Under the pieces are notes generated by a model, which was not told the origin of the DNA, ran no database searches, and worked only from the letters and a program-made list of their open reading frames with translations. A DNA stretch of 64,000 nt from Gammaproteobacteria bacterium (lineage in GTDB: Bacteria > Pseudomonadota > Gammaproteobacteria > UBA9214): contig JAOUBY010000003.1 of NCBI GenBank assembly GCA_029860045.1, positions 65 through 64,064 of the forward strand. The letters run 5' to 3'. A program made the position numbers and the translations under genes. Positions within the stretch are counted from its first letter, which is position 1. Each line of letters starts with the position of its first letter. Below, in pieces: positions 8,680 to 18,977 of this stretch.

Positions 8680-11516
8680 TGTCGGACAACGAGCGCACAC
8701 GGACGCAGCAAGCGATGCCCCGGGGGAACAGGAAGATGTTTGCAAATCACTGGTATTACCGGATGGTCCTGATTATCGGACTGCTTGTGCCCGGAGCGGT
8801 TTTAAGTGCTGTTGCCACAGCGCAGGACTACCTTGAGGATGCCCTGACCCTTTTCGACAAGGGCGAATACAATGCCGCGCTTATCCAGCTGAAGAATGTA
8901 TTGCTGCTGGAGCCGGACAACGCCGGGGCATACCTGTTGCTGGGCAAGGCCCACCTTGAAAGGGGCGATGCCGCCTCGGCTGAAAGGGAAATCTCCCGTG
9001 CCCGTGACCTGGACCTTGATGCGGCCGAGTGGATGGCGCCACTGGGAAGGGCCTGGCTGCTGCTGGGAAGGAATGATGAGCTGCTGAAAGAGCTAACGCC
9101 TGAGGAGCGATTCCCCGACACCGTGCGCGCCGATATCCTGCAACTGCAGGGGCAGGCCCATCTCGCCAAGCGGCAGTTCCGGGAGGCCGATGACAAATTT
9201 TTTGCTGTCCTGGTGTTACAGCCCGGCAACCCCGAGGCCTTGCTGGGGAGGGCGCGTATTGCCTACCACAGGCAGGAAAGGGAGAAAGCCTCTGAACTCA
9301 TTGAAGAGGCATTGCAGCGCGATCCACGCAATGCGGATGCCTGGATGATGAAAGGTGGCCTGTTGAGCGGTGCGGGCGATCAAAAGGGTGCCATCAGTGC
9401 CTACCGGCGGGCACTGGATATTGACCCGGAAATGAGTGCCGCCCGTGCCGGGAAGACCGCGGCGCATATTGCGCTGGGTGAGTATGCCCCGGCCCTTGCA
9501 GAGATCGCGGCAATCCGCGGGCGCTATCCGGATAATTACATGGCACATTACCTGGAGGCGCTGGTGCACTTCCGGAAACAGGACATGAACCGGGCGCTGA
9601 CCTCCATCCATAATGCCCTGGGTGCAGCGCCACGCCACTTGCCGAGCCAGTTACTGGCCGGTTCTATCTATTACCGGAAGGGTCAGTATCGTCAGGCAGA
9701 GGAGTATCTTCGAAAGTATTGGAATGCTCGTCCGGGCGAAATCCAGGCCACCAGGCTGCTGGCAGTTTCGCTGGTGAAAACCGGCCAGGCAGAGGATGCC
9801 ATCACGGTCCTTGAAAAGGGTGTTGAGATTGAGCCGGATGACGCCCAGATGCTGGCCATACTGGGCAGTTTGTACACCCGTACCGGGCAGGCAAACAAGG
9901 GGCTCGACTACCTGGAGAGGGCAACCGCCGCCGCGCCGGATTCCGGCGCAATACTGACCGAACTCGCCATCGGGCACCTGGCAACCGGGGATGCCGGCCA
10001 GGCCGTTACGGAACTGCAGGGGGCAGTGGAACTCGGGGATGAGTTTATCCAGGCAGACACCCTGCTGGTGCTGATGCATCTCAAGCGGGGCAATACGGGG
10101 GATGCATTACGCAGCGCCGAACACTTCGTCAGCAATCACCCGGACAATGCCGTTGCCCGGAACCTGCTGGGCAGTGCCTACCTTGCAAAGAGGGACTACC
10201 CGGCGGCGCGTGCCGCCTTCGAGCAGGCGCTGGCGCTGGATGACGCCTTGGTACCGGCCCTGCTGAGTCTTGCGGGTATCGACCAGCTCCAGGGTGACAG
10301 GACATCGGCGGAGCAGCGCTACCGGGCGGTGCTCAAGCAGGACGAGGGCAATCTGAAGGCATTGCTGGCACTGGGGAAACTGGCGGTCGAACAGGACGAT
10401 AAGGCGGCGGCCAAGGATTTCCTGCTGCAGGCGCGCGGCAGCCATCCGGATGCCATCAAACCCGCGCTGTTGCTGGTTGAACTCTACCGGCAGGACCAGG
10501 ATATCAAGCGGGCACTGGATCTGGCGCGGAGCGTGGGTAAAGCTCATCCACGTAATCCCGGGGTGTTAAAGGTCCTGGCGCGTGCCCAGATCGACGCCGG
10601 TGAAATCGATGCGGCCATTACCAGTTTGCGAACGCTGACTGAGGTCGCGCCGCTTTCTGCGCAGGCGCATTATCAGATTGCGCTGCTCTACCTGCGACAG
10701 AAGAACAGAGCGGCGACCCGGGAGAGTCTCGAGCGGGCGATTGCATTACAGGCTGATTATCCGTCCGCGCAGCTTGCCCTTGGCAGGTTCGAAATCGTGG
10801 GAAAAAACTATGCCGTGGCGCAAAAGATAGCCGAGGCCCTGCAGCAGGCCCATCCACAGGCCGCGGGTGGCCATGCACTCGAAGGCGATATCCTGGCCGC
10901 ACAGGGTCAAAATAAACCGGCGCTGGCCGCCTACAGGAAGGCATATGGTCTCAAGCCGAGTGCGCGGTTTGCGATTAATATTTTCAACATGCAGCGCCGG
11001 GCAGGTGAGGGCAAGCAGGCCAGCGACACCCTGCAGAAATGGCTGAAGGATCATCCGGGGGACAACGCCACCAGGATGGTGCTGGCCACACACCTGCAAC
11101 AGCAGAAACGGCTGGATGAGGCGACCACAGAATATCTGGCGATACTCGGACAGGACCCGGATAATATTACGGCATTGAGCAACCTTGCCTGGCTCTATCA
11201 AAAACAGGGCTCCGACAAGGGCATCGCCTATGCCGAACAGGCCTATGAACTGGCCCCGCAGCGCGCGGAGGTCATCGACATCCTCGGCTGGCTGCTGGTG
11301 CAGAACGGTCAGCACCAGCGCGGCCTGGTGCTGCTGCAGGAGGCAGCGACCCTCGCCCCGCGGGAGGCCGGGATTCGTTACCATATGGCCGCCGCCCTGG
11401 TGAAGGTCGGGCGCACCGAGGAGGCGCGCAAGGAGCTGGAGCGGTTGCTCGGCGGAAAGGATTTCCCTGCCGCCGGCGAGGCCCGGTCACTGCTGGAGCG
11501 GCTGAGACGCCCGTGA
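8679..11516 (+). CDS. prsT: PEP-CTERM system TPR-repeat protein PrsT (secreted); start ambiguous (8679-8736)
   Basis: About 945 aa of TPR repeats, with a signal-peptide-like segment MFANHWYYRMVLIIGLLVPGAVLSAVATAQ. Position directly after prsR matches the conserved prsK-prsR-prsT order. Confidence 0.85.
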   Translation: MSDNERTRTQQAMPRGNRKMFANHWYYRMVLIIGLLVPGAVLSAVATAQDYLEDALTLFDKGEYNAALIQLKNVLLLEPDNAGAYLLLGKAHLERGDAASAEREISRARDLDLDAAEWMAPLGRAWLLLGRNDELLKELTPEERFPDTVRADILQLQGQAHLAKRQFREADDKFFAVLVLQPGNPEALLGRARIAYHRQEREKASELIEEALQRDPRNADAWMMKGGLLSGAGDQKGAISAYRRALDIDPEMSAARAGKTAAHIALGEYAPALAEIAAIRGRYPDNYMAHYLEALVHFRKQDMNRALTSIHNALGAAPRHLPSQLLAGSIYYRKGQYRQAEEYLRKYWNARPGEIQATRLLAVSLVKTGQAEDAITVLEKGVEIEPDDAQMLAILGSLYTRTGQANKGLDYLERATAAAPDSGAILTELAIGHLATGDAGQAVTELQGAVELGDEFIQADTLLVLMHLKRGNTGDALRSAEHFVSNHPDNAVARNLLGSAYLAKRDYPAARAAFEQALALDDALVPALLSLAGIDQLQGDRTSAEQRYRAVLKQDEGNLKALLALGKLAVEQDDKAAAKDFLLQARGSHPDAIKPALLLVELYRQDQDIKRALDLARSVGKAHPRNPGVLKVLARAQIDAGEIDAAITSLRTLTEVAPLSAQAHYQIALLYLRQKNRAATRESLERAIALQADYPSAQLALGRFEIVGKNYAVAQKIAEALQQAHPQAAGGHALEGDILAAQGQNKPALAAYRKAYGLKPSARFAINIFNMQRRAGEGKQASDTLQKWLKDHPGDNATRMVLATHLQQQKRLDEATTEYLAILGQDPDNITALSNLAWLYQKQGSDKGIAYAEQAYELAPQRAEVIDILGWLLVQNGQHQRGLVLLQEAATLAPREAGIRYHMAAALVKVGRTEEARKELERLLGGKDFPAAGEARSLLERLRRP

Positions 11517-11603
11517 ATTAAAACCTGGCACGACCTGCAGGTGCTGTAACTTGTGTTAAGTACCGGGGGCGTCAATTCTTATAAGGAACAGAAGGGATTC
11601 ATC

Positions 11604-14399
11604 ATGATTTCAAGATCGAGCAGACTGACAGTCGTTACTTCCACCATGCTGATGGTGCTTACCCTGTTGCTCGGCGGCTGCAGCGAGTCCCTCACCGATG
11701 CCGAGCACCTGGTGCGGGCCAGGGATCATATCGACGAAGGCGATGTCAGTGCCGGTATGATCGAGCTCAAAAACGCACTCAAAGTCAATCCAGGGAATGT
11801 CGAGGCGCGCTGGCTGCTGGGCAAGACCTATGTCGAAATCGGCCATATCGTGGGGGCAGCGAAGGAATTACGCAAGGCCGAAGAGCTCGGCATCGACCGC
11901 TCGGCGATTCTGTTGCCGCTGGCGCACACGCTTATCGCGATGCGCGGCTACCAGACGGTGCTGGACGAGTACCTGCCCGTGCCGGGCCTCGCCGAGGAAG
12001 AGGTGGCAGAACTGAAAGCACTCCACGGCCATGCCCACCTGGGTCTGGGTGATCTGAAACAGGCCGCCGCGACCTATGAGGAGGCCCGGACACTCAATCC
12101 GGAGGAAGCCGAGGCCTGGTACGGGCTGGCGCAGGTTGACATATTCAAGCGTGAGTGGGATGGCGCACGCAGCAACCTCGACAAGGCCCTGGAACTCGAT
12201 CCCCGCTTCGCGAATGCCTGGAGCCTGTCCGGTGACCTGGCACGGCGACAGGGGGACGCGGCGCGGGCAGAGGCGGATTACGGCAAGGCGATCGCCAACC
12301 GGGTGTACAACAGCCAGGATCACTTCAAGCGGGGTCAGGTCCGTTTACAGCTGAAAAAATACGATGCGGTGAAACAGGATATCGCGGCGATCCGTGCGCA
12401 GGTGCGGCGCAGTGCCCAGGCCAGCTACCTGCAGGGCCTGATCCACCTGCAGCAGGACCGGATCACCGAGGCACAGACGTCGTTCGAGACTGCTCTGGCC
12501 GTCAATCCCGATTACATGCAGGCGGTCTACTATCTAGGCGTGGTCCACTATCTGGCGCAGAACCATCAGCAGGCCAGCACCCATCTTGCCAGGTACTCGG
12601 CCTCCAATCCCGGCTACATCCCGGCGCGGCAGCTGCTGGCGATCCTCGACATGCGCCAGGGTGACTATGCCTCTGCCAGGGAGCGGGTTACGCCGATCCT
12701 GGAACAGCAGCCGGAGAATGCCGTCGCCCTCAAGCTGATGACCAGCATCGCCATGCGGCAGGGGGAGAACGACGAGGTTGTTGAATACCTGCGCAGGTTC
12801 GATGAACTCGAGGCCGGCTCCGCCCAGGCCAGCCTGAACCTGGGGCTCGGGCTGATCGCCGAGGGCGAGGGCGAGCAGGGCATGCTGCAGCTCGAGCAGG
12901 CGCTCGAGCTCGATGCCGATCTCAAAATGGCCGACTTCGCCCTGATCATGAACCACCTGAAGCAGGGACGGCCGGACGAGGCCCTGGCGGCCGCCCGGGA
13001 CTTCACCACCCGCCATCCCGAGAGCCCCATGGCGTGGAACCTGCTGGGTTATGTCCAGTTGCAGGGCAAACAGGTCGAGGCGGCCCGCGCGAGTTTCCAG
13101 CGCGCACTGAAGATAAGCTCCGGCGATCCCGGGGCGGCCAACAACCTGGCCTCGCTGGCCCTGCTGGACGGCGACACCGGCGAGGCCATCCGACAGTATG
13201 AATCGATCCTCGAACGCCGGCCGGATCACATGCGCACCGTGGTGAAGCTCGGCAGGCTGCTGGTCTCGCTGAAACGCTTCGATGAGGCACAGGCGCTTTA
13301 CGAGGCCAGGGTCGAGGCACATCCAGATGCAGTCGATCCGCGGGTGCTGCTGGCGGAGATCCATATGCTGCAGGGGCAACCCGGCAGGGCGCTCGCCCTG
13401 CTGCGGGCGGCCCCGGAGTCGGTCACTGATCACCCGGCCTACCTGGCCGTGCTGGGAAAGGGCCAGCTTGCGGCCGGTGAGCTCGCCAGTGCCATCCGCA
13501 GCCTGGAACGGCTGATCAAGGTCCGGCCAGGCTACCTGCCGGCCCACGATATGCTTGCCGGGGCCTACGCCAGGCAGGGCAACCTGGGCAAGCTCGAGGC
13601 CAGCCTCGACCAGGCGCTGGCCATCCGGCCCGGTCACCTGCTGGCGCGGCTCGGCATGCTGAAGCTGCTCGTCCAGCAGAAGCGGGCCGGGGAGGCGGCC
13701 GAACTGCTGGCGGCCCTCAAGGCGGACTACCCGGAACTCCCGGAACTCTATATCCAGGAGGCGCTGCTCGCGCAGGCCGAGGGTCGGCCGCAGGCGGCGG
13801 TACCGGCCTACCAGGAGGCCGTGAAGCGCGCACCAAGTACGGAACTGGTGAGCGACCTGGCGCTGGCCCAGTGGAAGGCCGGACAGCCGGAGGCCGGCCT
13901 ACAGACCCTGAAGGACTGGCTCGCCGGGCACCCCGATGACCTTGTCGTACGTTACAACCTGGCAAACCTGTACATGGCGACCGGGCGGCACGCGGAGGCG
14001 CGCGTGGCCTTCACGACGGTGGTTGAAGCACGACCGAAGCATGTACTGGCGCTGACCAACCTGGCGCTGCTGAGCCGGAATTTGGATCCCGGCAAGGCCT
14101 ATGATTATGCGAAACGCGCCCACGAGCTCGCGCCCGATGCACCACTCGTTCAGGACGCCCTGGCGCAGATCCATCTCGACCGGGACGAGGGCACACAGGC
14201 GCTGCGCCTGCTCGAGACGGCCGTGGAAAAATCGCCGCAGGACCTGCAGATCCGTTTCCACTGGGCGCAGGCCCTGGCCCGCAACGGCGAGAAGGAGAAG
14301 GCAAGACGGGAACTCACCCGCGTCCTGGCGGAGGACAGGCGATTCGCCGGTAAATCGGAGGCACGGGATATGCTGGAACAACTCTCCAGCGGCAAGTAA
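11604..14399 (+). CDS. Second PrsT-like TPR-repeat lipoprotein (tandem paralog)
   Basis: TPR repeats throughout; start chosen at ATG 11604 (AGGGA 6 nt upstream), giving MISRSSRLTVVTSTMLMVLTLLLGGCSES with the lipobox LLGGC. About 930 aa. Confidence 0.8.
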   Translation: MISRSSRLTVVTSTMLMVLTLLLGGCSESLTDAEHLVRARDHIDEGDVSAGMIELKNALKVNPGNVEARWLLGKTYVEIGHIVGAAKELRKAEELGIDRSAILLPLAHTLIAMRGYQTVLDEYLPVPGLAEEEVAELKALHGHAHLGLGDLKQAAATYEEARTLNPEEAEAWYGLAQVDIFKREWDGARSNLDKALELDPRFANAWSLSGDLARRQGDAARAEADYGKAIANRVYNSQDHFKRGQVRLQLKKYDAVKQDIAAIRAQVRRSAQASYLQGLIHLQQDRITEAQTSFETALAVNPDYMQAVYYLGVVHYLAQNHQQASTHLARYSASNPGYIPARQLLAILDMRQGDYASARERVTPILEQQPENAVALKLMTSIAMRQGENDEVVEYLRRFDELEAGSAQASLNLGLGLIAEGEGEQGMLQLEQALELDADLKMADFALIMNHLKQGRPDEALAAARDFTTRHPESPMAWNLLGYVQLQGKQVEAARASFQRALKISSGDPGAANNLASLALLDGDTGEAIRQYESILERRPDHMRTVVKLGRLLVSLKRFDEAQALYEARVEAHPDAVDPRVLLAEIHMLQGQPGRALALLRAAPESVTDHPAYLAVLGKGQLAAGELASAIRSLERLIKVRPGYLPAHDMLAGAYARQGNLGKLEASLDQALAIRPGHLLARLGMLKLLVQQKRAGEAAELLAALKADYPELPELYIQEALLAQAEGRPQAAVPAYQEAVKRAPSTELVSDLALAQWKAGQPEAGLQTLKDWLAGHPDDLVVRYNLANLYMATGRHAEARVAFTTVVEARPKHVLALTNLALLSRNLDPGKAYDYAKRAHELAPDAPLVQDALAQIHLDRDEGTQALRLLETAVEKSPQDLQIRFHWAQALARNGEKEKARRELTRVLAEDRRFAGKSEARDMLEQLSSGK

Positions 14400-15688
14400 T
14401 GAACCAGGCGCCGGAGGGCAAGGAAGCCGCCAACAACAAGACCGGCAAGCGTCGCCGGGTGCTGTTTATCGCAGAAGCGGTTTCCCTTGCCCATGTGGCG
14501 CGTCCTGCCGTGCTGGCGCAGGCGCTCGATCCGGAACAATATACGGTCTGCCTGGCCTGCGATCCCCGCTTCGATGCACTGTTCACTGAATTGCCGTTTG
14601 AACGCAGGTCTATTTATTCGATATCGACGCAAAGCTTTCTTGCAGCACTTGCCAAAGGCAGCCCGATCTACACAACCTCGACGCTGCGGCGCTATGTCCG
14701 GGATGACCTGGAACTGCTCCGTGCCTGGTCGCCTGATCTGGTGGTGGGCGACTTCCGCCTGTCGCTGGCGGTCAGTGCGCGCGCGGCCGGCATCCCCTAT
14801 CTAACCATTACCAATGCCTACTGGAGCCCGTATGCCCGGCAGCGCTATCCCATCCCGGAACACGTGATGGCCCGACTTGTGGGGGTCGATCTGGCACAAG
14901 CACTGTTTCGACTGGTGCGCCCGCTGATCTTTGCTGCCCATACCATCCCCATGAACAGGGTCAGGAAGGAATGGGGTCAGCCTCTGCTTGGCACTGACCT
15001 GAGACGGGTCTATACCGATGCCGACCATACCCTCTATGCCGATGTGCCGGGTTTTATTGAAACAGCGGGAATGCCCGATGACCATCATCACTTCCTGGGG
15101 CCGGTGCTGTGGTCTCCGCCGCAGGCCTTTCCCGATTGGTGGAACGAGGTACGTAACGACCGACCCATTATCTATGTCACACCAGGCAGTTCCGGTGACA
15201 GTCGTCTGTTGACGAACGTACTCCAGGCGCTGGCCGGGTTACCGGTTGAGGTCATGGTAGCCACGGCAGGGCAGTCCAGCGCTGCACCGGTACCTGCAAA
15301 CGTGCACTCTGCGGACTATCTCCCGGGCATGCAGGCGGCCGCACGCGCCGACCTGGTGATCTGTAACGGTGGCAGTCCAACCACGCAGCAGGCGCTGGCG
15401 GCCGGGACCCCCGTGCTGGGCATCTGCAGCAATCTCGACCAGTATCTGAACATGCAGGCCGTCGCAACAACCGGGGCGGGGATGATGTTGCGCGCCGGCA
15501 AGGCGAGCGTGGGCGCAGTCCGCGCCGCGGTCGAGCGCCTGCTGGCGGACCCGTCTTGCCAGGAAGCCGCACAACGGATGGCGGATCGCTACCGGGTATA
15601 CGACGCAAATCAGCGCTTCAGTTCCATTGTGGAACAGCTATTGCCGGTCACGGGCGGCACGGCGGCAACCGGGGGTGAACTGGCGTGA
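14399..15688 (+). CDS. Family 1 glycosyltransferase (UDP-glycosyltransferase/MGT-like)
   Basis: 429 aa; the N-terminal RRVLFIAEAVSLAHVARPAVLAQAL and C-terminal nucleotide-sugar-binding region (HSADYLPG...VICNGGSPTTQQALAAGTPVLG) are typical of GT1/UGT-like enzymes. Confidence 0.65.
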   Translation: MNQAPEGKEAANNKTGKRRRVLFIAEAVSLAHVARPAVLAQALDPEQYTVCLACDPRFDALFTELPFERRSIYSISTQSFLAALAKGSPIYTTSTLRRYVRDDLELLRAWSPDLVVGDFRLSLAVSARAAGIPYLTITNAYWSPYARQRYPIPEHVMARLVGVDLAQALFRLVRPLIFAAHTIPMNRVRKEWGQPLLGTDLRRVYTDADHTLYADVPGFIETAGMPDDHHHFLGPVLWSPPQAFPDWWNEVRNDRPIIYVTPGSSGDSRLLTNVLQALAGLPVEVMVATAGQSSAAPVPANVHSADYLPGMQAAARADLVICNGGSPTTQQALAAGTPVLGICSNLDQYLNMQAVATTGAGMMLRAGKASVGAVRAAVERLLADPSCQEAAQRMADRYRVYDANQRFSSIVEQLLPVTGGTAATGGELA

Positions 15689-15886
15689 ATTCTGCTTACC
15701 GGGGAATGTCGCAATCCAGACTCACAGTATGCGACCATGTGACACTGGTCCTTGTGCCACCGCACGATCACTGTTACAAGATTGCCACGGCAGTTCGAAG
15801 AAATTAACAGGCGGTGTCTGAGGCCCATATTCATTACATGCAATGCCGGTTGCCAGGATCTACTGTCACACAGGAAGCGAGCAATA

Positions 15887-16729
15887 ATGAGTTACAAGCT
15901 GATCAAGGACCGGTACTTCGCCACCCTCGGCTGGACCAACCGGGAAAACGCCAGCGATGCCAAGGTGGCCTTCATGAACGACGTCGACATGACGTCGGCC
16001 ATCCGGCTGCGAGAGAAATACACGGACCTGAAACCGTCCTATACTGCCCTGCTGGCACGGGCCATCGCCCTGGCGATACGGGAACATCCCAAGGCCAACC
16101 GGATGGTGCTGGCATTGCCGTTCTACAAGCGGATCGTGCAGTTCGACGCGATCAATATCACCATCGCCATCGAGCAGCAGCAGAAAGATGCAAGCAAGGA
16201 CACGGTACTCGCCGACACGGTATACCATGTCGATCAGAAGTCACTGTCCGACATCATGGTCCAGCTGCACGAGATGGCCCGGGCGACACCCGAAAACAAT
16301 CCGCGTCAGCGTCAGCTGGCCTTCATTGTGGAGAAGCTGCCCAACTGGCTGGCCCTGCTGCTGATCAGCATTCCGCGCTGGTTCCCGGGCATGTGGGTGC
16401 AGCACCGGGGCGGCTCCGTGCTGATCTCCTCGCCCTGCAAATACGGTGTCGAGCGGCTGGTCGCGAACTGGAGCTGGCCGATCGGCTTTTCCTTCGGCCT
16501 GCTGAGAAAACAGCCCGTGGTGGTGGCTGACGAAGTCGTTGTCCGGCCCGTCATGAGCGTGACCATGAGCTTCGACCGCCGGGTGCTGCTGGGGGCGCCC
16601 GCCGCCAGGTTCTTCAAGCGGGTCTGCGACCTGCTGGAGAATGCGGAGGAAACGCTGGATATGGATAGCCCTGCAACGCCCGCGATGCAGGAAGGCCGCA
16701 ACGCGGCGGCGAGGGAAGATGTGGCATAA
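15887..16729 (+). CDS. 2-oxoacid dehydrogenase E2 catalytic-domain-like (CAT-fold) protein with substituted catalytic His
   Basis: Start at ATG 15887 (AGGAAG RBS). The C-terminal SFDRRVLLGAPAARFFKRV aligns to the E2/CAT motif sFDHRviDGaxaarF with His->Arg and Asp->Leu changes; length of about 280 aa fits a stand-alone catalytic domain. Confidence 0.5.
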   Translation: MSYKLIKDRYFATLGWTNRENASDAKVAFMNDVDMTSAIRLREKYTDLKPSYTALLARAIALAIREHPKANRMVLALPFYKRIVQFDAINITIAIEQQQKDASKDTVLADTVYHVDQKSLSDIMVQLHEMARATPENNPRQRQLAFIVEKLPNWLALLLISIPRWFPGMWVQHRGGSVLISSPCKYGVERLVANWSWPIGFSFGLLRKQPVVVADEVVVRPVMSVTMSFDRRVLLGAPAARFFKRVCDLLENAEETLDMDSPATPAMQEGRNAAAREDVA

Positions 16730-16911
16730 CGGATGAACAGGGTCGGGCACCGCGTTACGTTTAGCTGTCCCCCGTCCGGGCACCACGTGTTGTCTCCGCT
16801 GCAGATTGCTGCAGCACCGGGTGGGCCAGCCAGGAAATTCATTAATCAGCACTGGTGATTGCACCAGTCTGACCGGCTGTCGGGGTGAGCCCTATCCACG
16901 TCGGTATTCCG

Positions 16912-16942
16912 AAAAAAAGCCGCGGCAGTTGCCGCGGCTTTT
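16912..16942. terminator. Bidirectional rho-independent terminator between convergent genes
   Basis: aaaaaaaGCCGCGGCAgttGCCGCGGCtttt: a perfect GC hairpin flanked by an A-run on one side and a T-run on the other. Confidence 0.7.
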
Positions 16943-16995
16943 GTCTGGTGAAGGGGCAGGCAGGCTGCCCCTGTCTAGCGGGTTTCCCGGTCGGT

Positions 16996-18792
16996 CTACT
17001 GCCTCAGATCGAACCCGGTGGGCGGATGAATCTGCCAGTTGCCGCCATCGATGTAGCCGAACACCTCGTAAATCGGGCCGTTTATCTTCTCGGCCGCAAT
17101 CGCATCGAAGTTGTCCAGGTTACCGTCTGCATCGAATTCCGGCTCGACACCGCAGTAGATACGGATGCGGTAGAAGTCCGGGCATTCAGTACTGGGATCG
17201 TTGTCGGTTTTGCAGGTGAACTCGTTGTAAGTGCCGGTGAGCACCGCGTCAACCCGACTCCCCGCACCGTTGTAGCTCGAAAAGGCGTCTGTCCCCGTCC
17301 CCTCGGCCGGGCACTGTACCGGGTCGGCGATGACGTGCTGACCTTCACGCCCGAATTCGCCGTGGTCCTCGATGTGGATCTCTGCCCAGTTGTAGGTTCC
17401 GAGTCCCCGTTCGCTGGGTTTGCCATGAAGCGTGGTCACCGATGCGCAGTCACCGCCACCGTTCAGGTTACCTTCATCGATGATGTTCCTGAAGGTACCG
17501 ATGCCGGCAAAGTCGATTTGCTTGGCGGGGGCTGGACGGGCCTGGCGGCACCAGCCCGGGTCACTGCACTGGATGATGTCGATCTCGGTGCCCGGAGGCG
17601 CGCTGGCCGTCCCCATGTGGAAGGCCCACTGTCCGGACGGACCTGCATGGTTGACATGCTCAAGTTCGCCCTTGGGCTGTGGCTGCTGGCCGGTGTTGGC
17701 GCCGGCCTGTCCACCGAAGGTGTAGACATCGTAGCTGGTCTCCTCCGTGACGGAGACCCTACCGCTATTGCCCATCACCTTGACGACGGTCTCGGTGACG
17801 GCAAACGAGCCCGATGCCGGGGTCCCGTCCCAGCCGGCAATACCCAAGGGTGACAAGCCGGACGTGTCGTTACCGCCGCCGGTGACCCGGCAGCCGACGC
17901 CATCCACAATCTCGGCGGGCTGGAACGCGTTGTTGGGGTCGGTCTGGTTCATGCCGTCCGTGCCACTGGTCCAGTTGATGTTGCCCGGCGTCGAGGCTGT
18001 CGTGCCGGTATCGGTGTCCATGTTGCGGGACGGATTGGTCTCGTTGTAATTCAGCTCCAGCTGGGTCGTGAAGTCGATAATCGAACCCTTCTCCAGGTCC
18101 GGAAAGTAGTTCGGATCAAAGTCGCTCACTAGTATGCGCGCCTGTTCCGCACCACCGACGAACGGTGTGGTCGTGCTACCCCAGTTATCAGTGCCGAAGG
18201 CATCCAGCAGTCCGCTGTTGTTCTCATCTGCAAAGGAGCCGGAATAGTACGTCTCGAAGGGGGTGTCCCACAATATCGCACCCTCCAGGATCACATCACC
18301 GTCCGTGTAGCCAGTACCCTCGAGAGCACTGGAATTGACGTTGCTGTCACGGTAGAAGCGAACGAAGTTCTCGTCGTTTTCATTGTCCGTCGCATTGCTG
18401 AAACTGAGATCGAGTCTGCTCGCGCCGTTCTGCATGATCTTCAGGGGCCAGCCCATGACCATGGTGACCTCGTAATTCGAGTTGAGTCCGAACAGGCCCA
18501 ACGGGTTGCCGTCCGGGTCCTGGGTGCCCTGCAAGGCAGCGTGCCGGTAGGTCATCACCTGGTCAGCCGTGTTCACATCTCCGCTAGCGGGATCAACCGC
18601 GCCCTTGAACAGGATGGTGTTGACCGACCAGTCGAAGGTACTGATCAGTACACCGTTGTCGCCCCCCGTACCCTGCGGATCAAAGGTGATCGGACTGGTT
18701 TGCAGGGGGGGCAGTGCTGCATTGCTGGTGACGGAGGCCATTCCGAGCACTGCGGCGATAATGAGAGAGATTCTCGATGTAGGGTGTTTCAT
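16996..18792 (-). CDS. Secreted Asp/Gly/Thr-rich protein, paralog of the adjacent PEP-CTERM protein but without a PEP-CTERM sorting signal
   Basis: Signal peptide MKHPTSRISLIIAAVLGMASVTSNAA. The N-terminal 300 aa share blocks with the neighbouring gene (AALQG.QD/AD.GGNP, LLD.FG.DNW, NETNPS). C-terminus ends ...GGNWQIHPPTGFDLRQ with no VPEP/TM/Arg tail. Strong AAGGAG RBS. Confidence 0.75.
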   Translation of the reverse strand: MKHPTSRISLIIAAVLGMASVTSNAALPPLQTSPITFDPQGTGGDNGVLISTFDWSVNTILFKGAVDPASGDVNTADQVMTYRHAALQGTQDPDGNPLGLFGLNSNYEVTMVMGWPLKIMQNGASRLDLSFSNATDNENDENFVRFYRDSNVNSSALEGTGYTDGDVILEGAILWDTPFETYYSGSFADENNSGLLDAFGTDNWGSTTTPFVGGAEQARILVSDFDPNYFPDLEKGSIIDFTTQLELNYNETNPSRNMDTDTGTTASTPGNINWTSGTDGMNQTDPNNAFQPAEIVDGVGCRVTGGGNDTSGLSPLGIAGWDGTPASGSFAVTETVVKVMGNSGRVSVTEETSYDVYTFGGQAGANTGQQPQPKGELEHVNHAGPSGQWAFHMGTASAPPGTEIDIIQCSDPGWCRQARPAPAKQIDFAGIGTFRNIIDEGNLNGGGDCASVTTLHGKPSERGLGTYNWAEIHIEDHGEFGREGQHVIADPVQCPAEGTGTDAFSSYNGAGSRVDAVLTGTYNEFTCKTDNDPSTECPDFYRIRIYCGVEPEFDADGNLDNFDAIAAEKINGPIYEVFGYIDGGNWQIHPPTGFDLRQ

Positions 18793-18893
18793 TGTTCTTT
18801 CTCCTTAAAATCTGTTCTTTTGATACTACAAGTAAAGCCTATGGGTCAGGGATTTCAAGTCAGTACCCGGGGTATGCCGGTTGCCTGCTCCGA

Positions 18894-18923
18894 TAAAAAA
18901 AGGGGAGGCTATACAGCCTCCCC
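18894..18923 (-). terminator. Rho-independent terminator downstream of the PEP-CTERM protein gene
   Basis: On the minus strand GGGGAGGCTgtatAGCCTCCCC is followed by TTTTTTTT. Confidence 0.75.
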
Positions 18924-18977
18924 TTGTTACGGATTGGCTCGATACAAAATCCTTGAGCCTTGGACCATCCCCGGGGC

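Noticed and set aside
11526-11541. TGGCACGacctGCAGG between the two prsT genes as a sigma54 promoter
   Set aside because: GG to GC spacing is 8 nt rather than the obligatory 10 and the -12 TTGC is absent. Probably fortuitous.
12534-13637. Long antisense ORFs inside prsT, prsK, the GT and other genes (for example 12534..13637 minus, 10746..11384 minus, 16241..16864 minus, 5933..6241 minus)
   Set aside because: They lie entirely within well-supported sense-strand genes in GC-rich DNA, have no RBS or family features, and have Arg/Pro/Ala-biased compositions typical of high-GC frame artefacts.
16885-17000. Possibility that the 598-aa paralog is a frameshifted PEP-CTERM protein
   Set aside because: I translated all three frames downstream of its stop and none encodes a VPEP/TM/Arg-rich tail. 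A perfect terminator hairpin begins 60 nt after the stop.
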